Source: an uncultured delta proteobacterium (lineage in GTDB: Bacteria > Desulfobacterota > WTBG01 > CAIYCZ01). Taken from it: DNA of 64,000 bases. The DNA lies in contig CAWDOY010000019.1 of NCBI GenBank assembly GCA_963803975.1, forward strand, positions 1 to 64,000, read 5' to 3'. The position numbers were made by a program, and so were the translations under genes. The notes beneath the pieces are model-generated. The model made no database searches, had not been told where the DNA came from, and was given only the letters and a program-made list of their open reading frames with translations. Position 1 is the first letter of the stretch, and every line of letters begins with the position of its first letter. Positions 21,763-32,155 of the stretch are shown here, piece by piece.

Positions 21763-22475
21763 AACAGGATACCGGACAGCCACAGCCGGGTTCATCAGGG
21801 CATAGCCACGGGGCCGAAAAATATTACCTGCGCCTGAACCTGCATGAAAGAATCCAGCACCACCTCACCTGGTCTACCTTTGTGGTTTTGGCCCTCACCG
21901 GATTCATGGTGGAATTTCCTGAAGAATGGATCGCTGTCTTCGGCTCATACCAGGAAGCGGTGTTTTACTGGCGCGGAATTATTCACCGGGTTGCAGCAGT
22001 CGTGATGGTGTTCAACATGGTTTATCAGGCCTGGTATATGCTGCTGACGGAAGCCGGAAGAAACTATTTAGCTGCAATGCTGCCGAGGCTGCAGGATGCC
22101 AAAGATATTAAGCACAATCTCGCCTATTATATCGAGCTGACTCATGACAAGCCGCGATTTGACCGGTTTAATTACAAGGAGAAGCTTGAATTCTGGACCG
22201 GGCTGATCGGCGGCATCATCATTACCGTGACCGGCTTTTTTCTCTGGTTTCAGCAATATTTCCCAAAATTTATATTTGATGTATCTGTTCTGGTGCACAC
22301 CATGGAGGCGATCCTGGCATCCAGCGCAATCATGGTGTGGCATTTTTACGAGGTACATCTGAAACCGGGTAAATTCCCCATGTCAACAATCTGGCTGGAC
22401 GGCAAAATCTCGGAACACGAGCTGAAAGAAGAGCATCCGCTTGAGTATGAGCGGATAGTGAATAGTGAAAAGTGA
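21759..22475 (+). CDS. di-heme cytochrome b (FdnI/CbcB-like), module B copy 1
   Basis: ERIQH..LALTG, IHRVAA, RFNYKEKLEFW, VHTMEAILA, WHFYEVHL, EEHPLEY; four TM helices with His ligands. Confidence 0.9.
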   Translation: MKQDTGQPQPGSSGHSHGAEKYYLRLNLHERIQHHLTWSTFVVLALTGFMVEFPEEWIAVFGSYQEAVFYWRGIIHRVAAVVMVFNMVYQAWYMLLTEAGRNYLAAMLPRLQDAKDIKHNLAYYIELTHDKPRFDRFNYKEKLEFWTGLIGGIIITVTGFFLWFQQYFPKFIFDVSVLVHTMEAILASSAIMVWHFYEVHLKPGKFPMSTIWLDGKISEHELKEEHPLEYERIVNSEK

Positions 22476-22522
22476 AACGTGGAAACGTGGAAAGTGGAAA
22501 GTGGAAAGTGGAAAGTGGAAAG
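22457..22522 (+). repeat. heptamer tandem array (AGTGGAA-like, ~9 units)
   Basis: AGTGAAT AGTGAAA AGTGAAA CGTGGAAA CGTGGAA (AGTGGAA)x4, overlapping the cytochrome b stop. Confidence 0.85.
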
Positions 22523-22607
22523 ATATATTGCCTTGTTGTTTATCAGAGGTTTAATCATTCTCCGCTGACAGCTGAACGCTGAGCTGAAGGCTGTGAGTTA
22601 ACTGAAA

Positions 22608-23375
22608 ATGACAAATCCCTTACTGAAACTTATCTCCAAGCTGCTTGGATTCCTGGCGTTGCTGGCCATTATTTTCTGCTTATACAGCCTCGCCCGGTTT
22701 CTCTATTTCCAGCCCCACCGGCAACCCGTGTCCAGAGAGCAGGTTGTTGCTGAAAAGTTCAGTAAAAAGCTGCGCCGCGACATAGGAACCGGCCATTTCC
22801 ATGTGTCGGATGAGCCTATAACCACTGATATTGAGACCGCCCCCATGTGCCTGCGCTGCCACGGTAATTTCTGCCACAACAAATCTGAAGAATTCAGATC
22901 ATATTATAATATGCATACTTTTTTCCTTGCCTGTGAAACCTGCCACATCAGGAAGGAGCAGGGCTCAGCTATCCGGTTTACATGGTTTGACGACAAGACC
23001 GGCACGGAGTTGAAACAGGTTAAGGGTCAGGATGAAAACTATGGGGCTAAAATTGTACCCGTCAAGCCAGAAGGGCAGGGGTTTGAGCGGCTTGATGTAT
23101 TTCCTGAGAATGAACCTGGCGTTTGATTTTTTAAAAAATAAAGATAGTTATGCTGCTGAACAAAAGGAAAAAATTAAACAGCAACTGATGAAACATATCT
23201 CCAAGAAACCCGTAACCTGTGAGGAATGTCACTGCAAAGAAGCATATCTGAACTACAGGACCTGGGATATGATGCAAACCGTTCTGCAGACCTTTCCCGC
23301 ATCGAGATTGTGAAAATGATCAAGGAGTATAAGGATTTCAAATTCCCGGTTATTTTTGGTTCAGAAAAAAAATAG
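22608..23375 (+). CDS. membrane-anchored triheme cytochrome c, module C copy 1, frameshifted
   Basis: N-terminal TM, GHFH, CLRCH, NMH..FLACETCH, CEECH, ...KMIKEYKDFKFP across frames. Confidence 0.8.
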
Positions 23376-23512
23376 GTGTGATGCAGGGCGATGCTTCCCC
23401 ATGGTACAGTACCGGTAATGCCGGGTTTCCTGTTTTCTCTACCCCCAGCACAAACCACACTGAGTAGTAGATAGTTATTATAAAACGCTTTGTCTATGAG
23501 GAGAATGCCTGC

Positions 23513-24598
23513 GTGCAGCATAAAAATGCATCAACAATCATTGTCCGCTTCTTAGTGCTGGCAGTGACCGCACTGCTTGTTTTCTGCGGCTCATCTGCGT
23601 ATGCTTTTGACGAGGAAAACTGCCTCTTCTGCCATCAATACCGGGGCTTGAGCTATCACAACAAGGAGGGCAAATTCAAACTCCTGTATGTCACTGAAGA
23701 CATGTATGTGAAGAGCCCCCACGGCAACCTGCGGTGCACGGACTGTCACGCCAATGTTGACAAATTCCCCCACGGCGAGCCGAAGAAGGTCGACTGCCTG
23801 CTGGTCTGCCATATGAACGAGCCGTCATCGGGCAAGCAGTTTTCCCATAAGAAAGTGGGTGACTTTTTATCTAAAAGCGCCCACAGCCCGGTAGACAAAG
23901 ACGGCAAGCCCAAACAGGATGCCGCTGACTACCCGGACTGCAAAGCCTGCCACCAGGACCCGCTCTACCGCCCGCTGGCCTTTCTCAAACAGGAACGGCC
24001 GGGCCTTGCAGAGAACACAATTTACCGATGTTCCATCTGTCATGAGAATAAGGACTTTATGCGCAAGTTTTACAACCACTTTACCTCGCGGATGCAGAAG
24101 CTGCGCAGCCCCAGGGAACAGGTGGAAATGTGTTCCGAGTGCCATGCTGATACTGCCATGATGAAGCGGCACAACCTGGAAAATGTCATCGTCTCCTATC
24201 TGGAAACCTATCACGGCAAGGCAGTATCCCTGGGCAATGAACTGGCAGCAGACTGCAATGACTGCCACGTGGTGCCCGGGGAATCGATACATTCGATACG
24301 GAATTTTAAGGACCCTGAGTCAGCGGCGCACAAAGACAATATATACAAAACATGTTCTGCCGTTGAGTGCCACCCCAAGGCGGCACTCAACCTTGCGGGC
24401 TACAAGGCGCATGTTATTGTCGCGCCGCACAAGAACCCTGTTGAGTTTTATGCGGTAGTCTTTTTCGTACTGCTCACGCTCGGCAGCTTTATTCCCCTGA
24501 TGCTGTTTACCGTGCTTGATATGCTGCGCAATATTTTCCCCAATGCAGCTTTGATTAAAAAGGAAAAAAAGGAAGATGAGATCGATACAAGTAATTGA
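23513..24598 (+). CDS. membrane-anchored octaheme cytochrome c, module A copy 2
   Basis: GAGGAG RBS, signal peptide, DEENCLFCH, 6 CxxCH + CLLVCH + CSAVECH, C-terminal TM. Confidence 0.85.
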   Translation: MQHKNASTIIVRFLVLAVTALLVFCGSSAYAFDEENCLFCHQYRGLSYHNKEGKFKLLYVTEDMYVKSPHGNLRCTDCHANVDKFPHGEPKKVDCLLVCHMNEPSSGKQFSHKKVGDFLSKSAHSPVDKDGKPKQDAADYPDCKACHQDPLYRPLAFLKQERPGLAENTIYRCSICHENKDFMRKFYNHFTSRMQKLRSPREQVEMCSECHADTAMMKRHNLENVIVSYLETYHGKAVSLGNELAADCNDCHVVPGESIHSIRNFKDPESAAHKDNIYKTCSAVECHPKAALNLAGYKAHVIVAPHKNPVEFYAVVFFVLLTLGSFIPLMLFTVLDMLRNIFPNAALIKKEKKEDEIDTSN

Positions 24599-26247
24599 GA
24601 AAAACGGAAAGCTCTATTTCCAACGGCTCACGTTAAACCAGCGCATCCAGCATGTCCTGCTGTTTGTCTCCTTTACCCTGCTTGCTGCTACCGGCCTGCC
24701 GCTGAAGTTCCACTCAACGTGGTGGGGGCCAAAGTTCTACGCCCTGGTGGGAGGCATCACCTACGCACCCATAATCCACCGCATAAGTGCCGTGATTATG
24801 ACTGCAACCTTCATATACCACGCGATCTACGTGCTGGTCGCCTTCTACCGTTACTATATTGTTCCCCTCAAGGAAGAGGGAAGGCTCACCCTGTGGACCT
24901 TTTTGGGCGCGTTTGCGGAGATGCCCATGGTTCCAAACTTGACGGACATCAAAGAGCTTTTCAGAGTTCTCAAATACTTCCTGTTTATCACCAACGAGCG
25001 GCCATCGCTGGTGTTTCACGGGCTGAAGGAGAAGTTCGGCTATTTGGCAGTGTTCTGGGGTATTCCGGTTATCGGCATATCCGGCTATTTTTTGTGGTAC
25101 AAGGAATATGTCACCCAGTTTTTCTCCGGCAATGTTCTGAACTTTGCCTATATCGCACACAGTGACGAGGCGTTTCTCGCGAGCATTGTTATCTTCATCT
25201 GGCACCTCTACAACGTGCACCTGGCGCCGGCGGTATTCCCCATGGGTTTTGCGTGGCTGAACGGCCTGATTAACGAGCGGGAGATGGTTGAGTACCACTA
25301 TGAAGACTACTTAAAGGCGATGAAGGACGCAGGCTTGCAGGACCGGATACGGCCCAATGCGCTTAATGTGAGCTTTAAAACGGGCTTTTTATCGCGGATC
25401 GTTGAAAAGGCGTTCATGGGTCTCTATATTGCGGCAATTATTGCAGCCACGGTGGTCATCAGCCGCGTTATTTACCACTCTGCTTTTATCATGGGCTACC
25501 AGATTGTAACCACCGAGCCAAAACATGAAGTTGAAGTGCAGGCAGAGCCGAAATTTATTGAAGAAGTGGTGCTGGAAGCTTCCGAAGGCAAACAGATGTA
25601 CCGGGGCTACCGTTTTATTGAGGAAAAAAATATCAAGAAGCATTATCACCGCATTGAGCTGAAGGTAGGCCCTGATAACGCCTCCCCGTGCATCAAGTGC
25701 CACGGAGATCTGCCGCATGGCAAATCAGAGCAGCTCAGGGCATTCCTCAACATGCACAATTTATATTTTGGCTGTCGAACCTGCCATGTCCGCCCCCGGG
25801 AAGGAAAGAAAGGCCTGAGCTATTTCTGGTATAAACGATCTACCGGCGAGGTTGTGCTGAATCCGCAGATCGGCGATGCACCGATTGACTCGCTTGATCT
25901 AAAACTCACGCCCTGTGAAGCCTGTGAGGGCAAAGCCCGACCTGAAGATAATTGATGATGAGCGCGCACTATTCAGTACATTGATCGGGAGCCTGGAGGA
26001 GAAGAGCCTGAGCAAGGAACAGAAAAAAAAGATACTCGAGCAGATTCATAAGGATACTTCCAAGCAGCCGGTCACCTGCAACGAGTGCCACAGCAGTAAA
26101 AACCCGTTTATACCGCTGATCGATATCGGATATCCAAAGGAACGGGCAGCCATGGTGACCAGCGATCAGATAACCAAAATGATTGACCAGTACGAAGTGT
26201 TTCACACGCCGAAATTTTTAGAACCCGAGAGGCAGCCTAAAAAATAA
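24576..26247 (+). CDS. cytochrome b fused to triheme cytochrome c (modules B+C), frameshift near 25950
   Basis: QRIQH..LLAATGLP, IHRISA, KEKFGYLAVFWG, HSDEAFLA, WHLYNVHL, then in frame CIKCH, NMH..CRTCH; CNECH follows the frameshift. Confidence 0.85.
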
Positions 26248-27197
26248 TGAAGCGCCGCAGAATATTTTTCTTCTTTCTGACTGCAGGAGTGGTTCTTTTT
26301 TCTTCAGGCAGCGCTCATGCCTTTAAGATAACCCCGCTCAAGCACCTGTTTGACCTTGAGCACGGCTTTCTCCAGCCCAGCGACGTTGAGGTGGGTAAGG
26401 ACCACAGAATATACGTGCTTGACGGGGTGAACAACCAGGTGAAGGTGTTTGATGAAAAAGGTCCATTCCTGTTTTCCTTTGGCAGCAGGGGTCAAGCAAA
26501 GGGCCAGTTTGAATCTCCCCTCGGCCTCTCCATTGACAGCACGGGCAGGGTCTTTGTGGCTGATACCGGCAACCGGCGCGTGCAGCTATTTTCTGCTGAG
26601 GGAAAAGCGCAGTCTGAATTTTCCATCACGTTAAAAGATGCGCAGCATGCCTGCGACCCGGTAGATCTCGCGCTTGATGAGAAACGCAATAGAATATACG
26701 TGGTTGATAATGAGAACCACAAAGTGCTTTTGTACTCCCTTGACAAGTTTTCCTTCCTTGAGAGCTGGGGAAAAGAAGGTGATGGACGCCAGGAATTCCG
26801 CTACCCGTTTTTTATAGCAGCGGGAAAGGACGGTACGGTTTTAATCGTGGACGTGCTCAATACCCGGGTCCAGGCATGGGACCCGAAGGGCAGGGCAATA
26901 AGCACCATTGGTGAATGGGGCGTTGACGTGAGCCAGTTCTACCGGCCCAAGGGAGTATGCGTGGATAAGGACAACCGGGTGTTTGCCAGTGACAGCTATC
27001 TGGGGGCAATCCAGGTATTCAACCGTTACGGCAGCTTCCTGTCAGTGCTGGGGGATGAGTCCGGGAAAATCATCAAATGGAAAACACCTGTTGGCATGGC
27101 AATTGATGACCGGCAGCGGCTGTACGTGGTGGACATGATTGCCAACCGGGTGTGTGTATATCAAATTTTAGACAAAGATATTGAGGTGGCCAGATGA
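26247..27197 (+). CDS. secreted NHL-repeat six-bladed beta-propeller protein
   Basis: Signal peptide; repeated F..P.G..VD..GR..V.D..N.RVQ.F blades. Confidence 0.9.
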   Translation: MKRRRIFFFFLTAGVVLFSSGSAHAFKITPLKHLFDLEHGFLQPSDVEVGKDHRIYVLDGVNNQVKVFDEKGPFLFSFGSRGQAKGQFESPLGLSIDSTGRVFVADTGNRRVQLFSAEGKAQSEFSITLKDAQHACDPVDLALDEKRNRIYVVDNENHKVLLYSLDKFSFLESWGKEGDGRQEFRYPFFIAAGKDGTVLIVDVLNTRVQAWDPKGRAISTIGEWGVDVSQFYRPKGVCVDKDNRVFASDSYLGAIQVFNRYGSFLSVLGDESGKIIKWKTPVGMAIDDRQRLYVVDMIANRVCVYQILDKDIEVAR

Positions 27198-29071
27198 ACC
27201 GCAAAAAAATTGTGCTGCTCTGTATTGTTGCTTGTCTTTTGCTGTTGCCCCTATGGTGCTCCCTGTCATTTGCCCGTGACCCTGAAAACTGCCTGTTCTG
27301 CCACAAGTACCGGAGGCTCCGGGGGTATGATGAAAAGGGGGTTCTGCACAATTATTATGTGGATGCAAAGCTGCATAATGAATCTATCCATCGCGACGTG
27401 GCGTGCGTTGACTGCCACACGGATATTGACCAGGTGCCCCACAAGGCTGAAGCTAAGAAGGTTGACTGCTCCAAGGAGTGCCATATCGATAAATGGAAGA
27501 TTATGAGCGGCGGCCCCTTTTCCCACCGGGATGTTGCCGAGAATTATCGCAGCAGCATTCACGGCGTCAAGCCTGATGACAAGCCGGAAGTCGCCCAGCT
27601 GAAGCCTGACTGCAAATACTGCCACCTGGATGATGTCTATGAGCTGTCTGAAGAGGTGCCTTCAGACGCCGTGCTGAAGCGCTGCATGAACTGCCATAAG
27701 GAAAAAGGGCTGAAGGATATCTTTATCCATATCTATCACCGCTTCAAGCGCAAGCATGTGAGAAAGCCGCTTGAAATCGTGGAGCTGTGCTCAGGCTGTC
27801 ATGCGGACAAGGATTTTCAGAATGTCATGGGGTTTACCGGCGCGCGCGCGGAAGTGGTTGAGACCTACAAGGAGACCATCCACTACCGCATCCTGCAGCT
27901 GGGGGGGCAGGATACGGCTGACTGCACCAATTGTCATGCCGGTGGAACAATACATAACATTCTGCCGTCCTCAGACCCGAAATCATCCGTCAACCCGGAG
28001 AACCGGTACCGCACCTGTCAGGCTGAAGGCTGTCATCCCGGGGCCAGTCCGAAGATATCAAATATTGACAGTCATCTGAGCAAGGACAAGGATAAGGGCA
28101 TTGAAATCACCGTGGTTGAATCAGCCATGCAGGGGGTGATGTGGTTTACCCTGTTTTTCCTCTTTACCCTCATGGGCATGGAGACCTACGGCCGGCTGAG
28201 AAACCGTGATGCGCGGTTCGCCCGCTGGCTGCGGGTTCCGCAGAAATACCCCGGCAACATGCCGGCCGGGGAACATCATCTCGGCGAAATACCGAACCTG
28301 CACCGCTATGTGGAGTTCAATCCCAAAGGAGATTATCCCCGGTATTCAATTAATATCGTAATCAATCATTTCCTGGTCGGGATTACCTTCACCGTGGCAG
28401 TTGCTACCGGCCTGCCTCTCTATTTTCACAACTCCGCCATCTCCCATGAAGTAATAAATCTCGTGGGCGGGATTAATGTGACACGGGTAATACACCGTTT
28501 CAACGCAGCCCTGTTTACGTTTAACTGCATCTATCATCTCATCGTGCTGCTCTGCGGAACGTTGAAAAAAATGAGCAGCAGGACCTTTGACATCCGCCGC
28601 ACCCAGTTTCCCCTGTGGAAGGATGCGAAAGACCTCTATTTTGATATCCGCTATTTCCTCGGGCTGGAGAAGGCGCGGCCGCACATGGAAAAGTTCATGT
28701 ACAAGCAGAAAGTCCACTACCTGGCAATGATCTGGGGCTGCTCGGTACTGACCTTATCCGGGGTGTGCCTGCTGTTCCCGGAAAGCATGGTCACGTATCT
28801 TCCGTTCCCGAAAGTCTCTTTTAACCTGCTGCGCCTGCTCCATGCGGACGAGAGCGTACTGGCCTTCCTGGTCATTACGCTCTGGCACCTCTACAATGTG
28901 CACATCGCTCCGGGCCGCTTCCCTCTGCAATGGGCATTCTGGAACGGCCGCATTACCAGGGATCATCAGATAGAGGAGCACTTTCTCGAGTATGAGCGGC
29001 AGGTGAAAGAGGGCGTTGCAGAATGCGAAGAAGACAAGCTGGCGAAAGGAGGGCAGCGCAATGAGCAGTAA
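27194..29071 (+). CDS. octaheme cytochrome c fused to cytochrome b (modules A+B; CbcL-like architecture)
   Basis: DPENCLFCH, 6 CxxCH + CSKECH + CQAEGCH, then INHF..ATGLP, IHRFNA, KQKVHYLAMIWG, HADESVLA, WHLYNVHI; one uninterrupted ORF. Confidence 0.9.
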   Translation: MNRKKIVLLCIVACLLLLPLWCSLSFARDPENCLFCHKYRRLRGYDEKGVLHNYYVDAKLHNESIHRDVACVDCHTDIDQVPHKAEAKKVDCSKECHIDKWKIMSGGPFSHRDVAENYRSSIHGVKPDDKPEVAQLKPDCKYCHLDDVYELSEEVPSDAVLKRCMNCHKEKGLKDIFIHIYHRFKRKHVRKPLEIVELCSGCHADKDFQNVMGFTGARAEVVETYKETIHYRILQLGGQDTADCTNCHAGGTIHNILPSSDPKSSVNPENRYRTCQAEGCHPGASPKISNIDSHLSKDKDKGIEITVVESAMQGVMWFTLFFLFTLMGMETYGRLRNRDARFARWLRVPQKYPGNMPAGEHHLGEIPNLHRYVEFNPKGDYPRYSINIVINHFLVGITFTVAVATGLPLYFHNSAISHEVINLVGGINVTRVIHRFNAALFTFNCIYHLIVLLCGTLKKMSSRTFDIRRTQFPLWKDAKDLYFDIRYFLGLEKARPHMEKFMYKQKVHYLAMIWGCSVLTLSGVCLLFPESMVTYLPFPKVSFNLLRLLHADESVLAFLVITLWHLYNVHIAPGRFPLQWAFWNGRITRDHQIEEHFLEYERQVKEGVAECEEDKLAKGGQRNEQ

Positions 29072-29882
29072 TGGAAAAAAATCGACCGCAGAGCCGTTTA
29101 TCGCTTTTATCATTATTATCGCTCTTGCGGCACTCCTCAGCGCGTATCTTACGTTCAGGGTGCAGTTTGAGCGGCGCAAGGAGCCAGCCGAACCAAAGAC
29201 TAAAGAGGTGTCGTTCCAGACGCTGCGCGTAAAAGAGCAGGAGCGTAAACAGAAGCATGAACATTTTCACCTGGTGACTGAAGACGTGAATCTTGAAGCA
29301 TGGGCAGACAAATCAACCTGCCTGATCTGTCATTCGCCCTATCCCCACGGAAAGAACAAGAAAGCCAAGGCCATCATGAACCTGCACACCGAGTTTTTGA
29401 CCTGCCATGCATGCCATTCAAAAGAGGAGTTCGAGGGGAAGGTCAAGTTCGGATGGGTTAACCCAACCGCTCATAAGCCCCAGGGCAAGCCCTACGGCAC
29501 GTCGATAGATGTTGCCAACGGCCTGTTTGCAGAGACTGATGACCATTATTCCAAGCTCACGCCTTTCATACCGGTAAGCGGTGCATGGAAGCCCGTGACC
29601 TCGGAAGAAGGGGTGGCAGAGGCAAAAACATATATGGAACAGGGCACAGCGTATTCGCCTGAGAAAAAGAAGGAGATCGAGGACCGGCTGCACCGGGGCA
29701 CAGAGCTCAAAGAGTTTATCAAGTGCTCTTCCTGCCATTCGGCAAGCGGCATTATGAATTTCAAGGAGCTGGGCTTTGACCCGGCACGCATAAATCAGCT
29801 GGTGAAAATGGAAATCGGCGGCATGATAACCAATTATGATGTATTCTATTTCCCGCAGATCTTTGAGGAAAAATTCAAGTAG
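29061..29882 (+). CDS. membrane-anchored triheme cytochrome c, module C copy 3
   Basis: AGGAGG RBS, N-terminal TM, EHFH, CLICH, NLH..FLTCHACH, CSSCH, MITNYDVFYFP. Confidence 0.85.
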   Translation: MSSNGKKSTAEPFIAFIIIIALAALLSAYLTFRVQFERRKEPAEPKTKEVSFQTLRVKEQERKQKHEHFHLVTEDVNLEAWADKSTCLICHSPYPHGKNKKAKAIMNLHTEFLTCHACHSKEEFEGKVKFGWVNPTAHKPQGKPYGTSIDVANGLFAETDDHYSKLTPFIPVSGAWKPVTSEEGVAEAKTYMEQGTAYSPEKKKEIEDRLHRGTELKEFIKCSSCHSASGIMNFKELGFDPARINQLVKMEIGGMITNYDVFYFPQIFEEKFK

Positions 29883-29975
29883 GGATTCGGGAATCGGGAC
29901 TCGGGGTTAGATTCTTACCTTATATACATCTGAGGATTTTTCTCTCGGATTATTTTCGAGACATAGTATCCTGCT

Positions 29976-30024
29976 GTAGGAGCGGCTTCAGCCGCGAAAC
30001 AGGCGCGCATAAATGCGCTCCTAC
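29976..30024. repeat. GTAG-type REP doublet (REPIN-like)
   Basis: GTAGGAGCGGCTTCAGCCGCG and inverted GCGCATAAATGCGCTCCTAC. Confidence 0.7.
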
Positions 30025-30089
30025 AGAAATTTCAAATATTTTTGGCTATGTTTTTGTCTGTTGTCAGTATTCTGTATTCATTTGCGCGT

Positions 30090-32141
30090 ATGCATAAAAA
30101 CTCTATTATAGTACTCTCTATAATTATCTGTATATGCCTTGGCGTCCTTCCCGCGCATGCCCAGCTGCGGGCTCCCCGCCAGACTGATTCGGCAAAAAAA
30201 TGCGCCATCTGCCATTACCGCTGGATCTACACTTTTTATGTTGAACACCGGGGCACGCCTCTGGCCCCGCTTGATGAAAAAGAAGTTGTGGGCAGCAGTG
30301 AGATGTGCCTTTCCTGCCACGATGGCTCGGTGCGGGACTCACGGGATAAAATCTGCAATGACCCCGGACATCGGGTAGGTATCGTGCCGTCACAACACGT
30401 GAGAATCCCTAAAAACTTTCCGCTGGATGATCAGGGCAAAATGCAGTGTTCCACCTGCCACACCCCGCATGCGGTAAGTTTCGAGCAGGGCATGCAGTTC
30501 ACCTTCTTTCTGAGAAGCGTCAACAAGGATTCCTCGTTCTGCAAGGAGTGCCATGTTGAAAAGACCGGCGGGCCGGACAAGGGAAACCATCCGATTGATG
30601 TCTCGGCAAAGAAAGTTCCCGAACTGATAATCAAGGCAGGCGGCAGGATGGGTAAATCAATGCCGGACCAGATAATATGTGAGACCTGTCATACCCCGCA
30701 CGGCGGCGTTAATAACCAGCGGCTGGTGCTGTCTGTCGAGGATCCCCTCACCATGTCGGTGCTCTGCGAAGTCTGTCATACAAAAAGCCCTGATGCCATT
30801 AAAAATTCCGGCGCCAACCGCTTCTCGCACCCGCTTGATATAAGCCCGGATAAAGCTGTCCAGATACCAAAAAAATGGGCGTGCGGAGAGGACGTGGTGC
30901 TCGGTAAAGGAGGGGTGCTGGTGTGCCGCACCTGTCATAAGCCGCACCAGGCAATTGAAAAAAAGGTCCTTCTCGCAGACCGCAATATTCGGGATTCCAT
31001 GTGCGGCGAGTGTCACCAGGGAAAACAGAATATCGCCGGCTCAAGCCATGATTTGAAGGTTTCAGCACCCAACGATAAGAACATCCAGGGAAAGCGCGCC
31101 GCGGAAATCGGCACGTGCTCCCCCTGCCACCTGGTGCACCAGGGTACTGCGCGCTATATGTGGGCGCAGCCGTTGAAAAATTCCGTCAGCACGCCGGATG
31201 ACTTCTGCAAAACCTGCCACGCGCAGGGAGCAAGCGCGGAGAAAAAGCTTCCCGGGAAATTCTCCCACCCGATCGGCGTCCGGGTGACGCCGCAGGCGAC
31301 ATCGAAACTTCTTCCCCTGTCTGATGAAAGGGGCAACCGGGCAAACAATGGCATTATCCGCTGCTTTACCTGTCACGATGTCCATAATCCTGCACCGCTC
31401 TATGCGAGCACAGAGAGAAGAGAGATAAAACATGGCAAATTCCTGCGCCTCTCGCAGTCACAGCCTTCTGAGGTATGCATTGCGTGTCATGCAGCGCAGG
31501 GAATGATTCAGGGCACAGACCACGATCTGCGGATTATTGATGCGCGCTATAAAAATGTGCTCGGTGTCCCGCTGCAGGGCGGCGGGATATGCAGCCCCTG
31601 CCATGCGGCACATAACGCGCCGCAGCAGCAGTACCTATGGGCAACTCCATTGGGGCCTGGCAGCCTGGATAAATGGAAGGGTCAAACCGGATACCGCGAC
31701 AGCATCATGACTAAACTGTGCACCGGATGCCACGCCCCGGGAAAAATCGCAGCGGAGAAAAATCCCCAATGCGCTTTTCATCCGGGCGCCATTACGGGTC
31801 ATGCCGGCTCACACCAGCCCGGAGAAACGATTATTAATTACGACCTGTTTAATGAACAATATCCCGTTTATACTGACGCGGGAAAGGTGGGGAAGGGTGG
31901 CTTTATCGTCTGCTCGACCTGTCATAATCCTCATGTATGGAAAAACCAGCGTGAGAAAGGTCCCGGGAAAAAGGTTGAGGGAAATGCGACAAACAGTTTC
32001 TTAAGAGAACAAATTGTCTCCCAGTTCTGTGTGCGCTGCCATGGAGAGGAAGGGCCCTCTAAATTCCTCTACTTCCACAGCCAGCTCAGCAGGGAAAAAG
32101 CATCGTCACCGTTTCTGCAGTTCCAGGACACAGACAAATAG
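30090..32141 (+). CDS. secreted 16-heme cytochrome c (doubled CxxCH type)
   Basis: Signal peptide ending AHA; 16 CxxCH motifs in CxxCHxxH...CxxCH pairs. Confidence 0.9.
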   Translation: MHKNSIIVLSIIICICLGVLPAHAQLRAPRQTDSAKKCAICHYRWIYTFYVEHRGTPLAPLDEKEVVGSSEMCLSCHDGSVRDSRDKICNDPGHRVGIVPSQHVRIPKNFPLDDQGKMQCSTCHTPHAVSFEQGMQFTFFLRSVNKDSSFCKECHVEKTGGPDKGNHPIDVSAKKVPELIIKAGGRMGKSMPDQIICETCHTPHGGVNNQRLVLSVEDPLTMSVLCEVCHTKSPDAIKNSGANRFSHPLDISPDKAVQIPKKWACGEDVVLGKGGVLVCRTCHKPHQAIEKKVLLADRNIRDSMCGECHQGKQNIAGSSHDLKVSAPNDKNIQGKRAAEIGTCSPCHLVHQGTARYMWAQPLKNSVSTPDDFCKTCHAQGASAEKKLPGKFSHPIGVRVTPQATSKLLPLSDERGNRANNGIIRCFTCHDVHNPAPLYASTERREIKHGKFLRLSQSQPSEVCIACHAAQGMIQGTDHDLRIIDARYKNVLGVPLQGGGICSPCHAAHNAPQQQYLWATPLGPGSLDKWKGQTGYRDSIMTKLCTGCHAPGKIAAEKNPQCAFHPGAITGHAGSHQPGETIINYDLFNEQYPVYTDAGKVGKGGFIVCSTCHNPHVWKNQREKGPGKKVEGNATNSFLREQIVSQFCVRCHGEEGPSKFLYFHSQLSREKASSPFLQFQDTDK

Positions 32142-32155
32142 GTTATGTGGGTATC

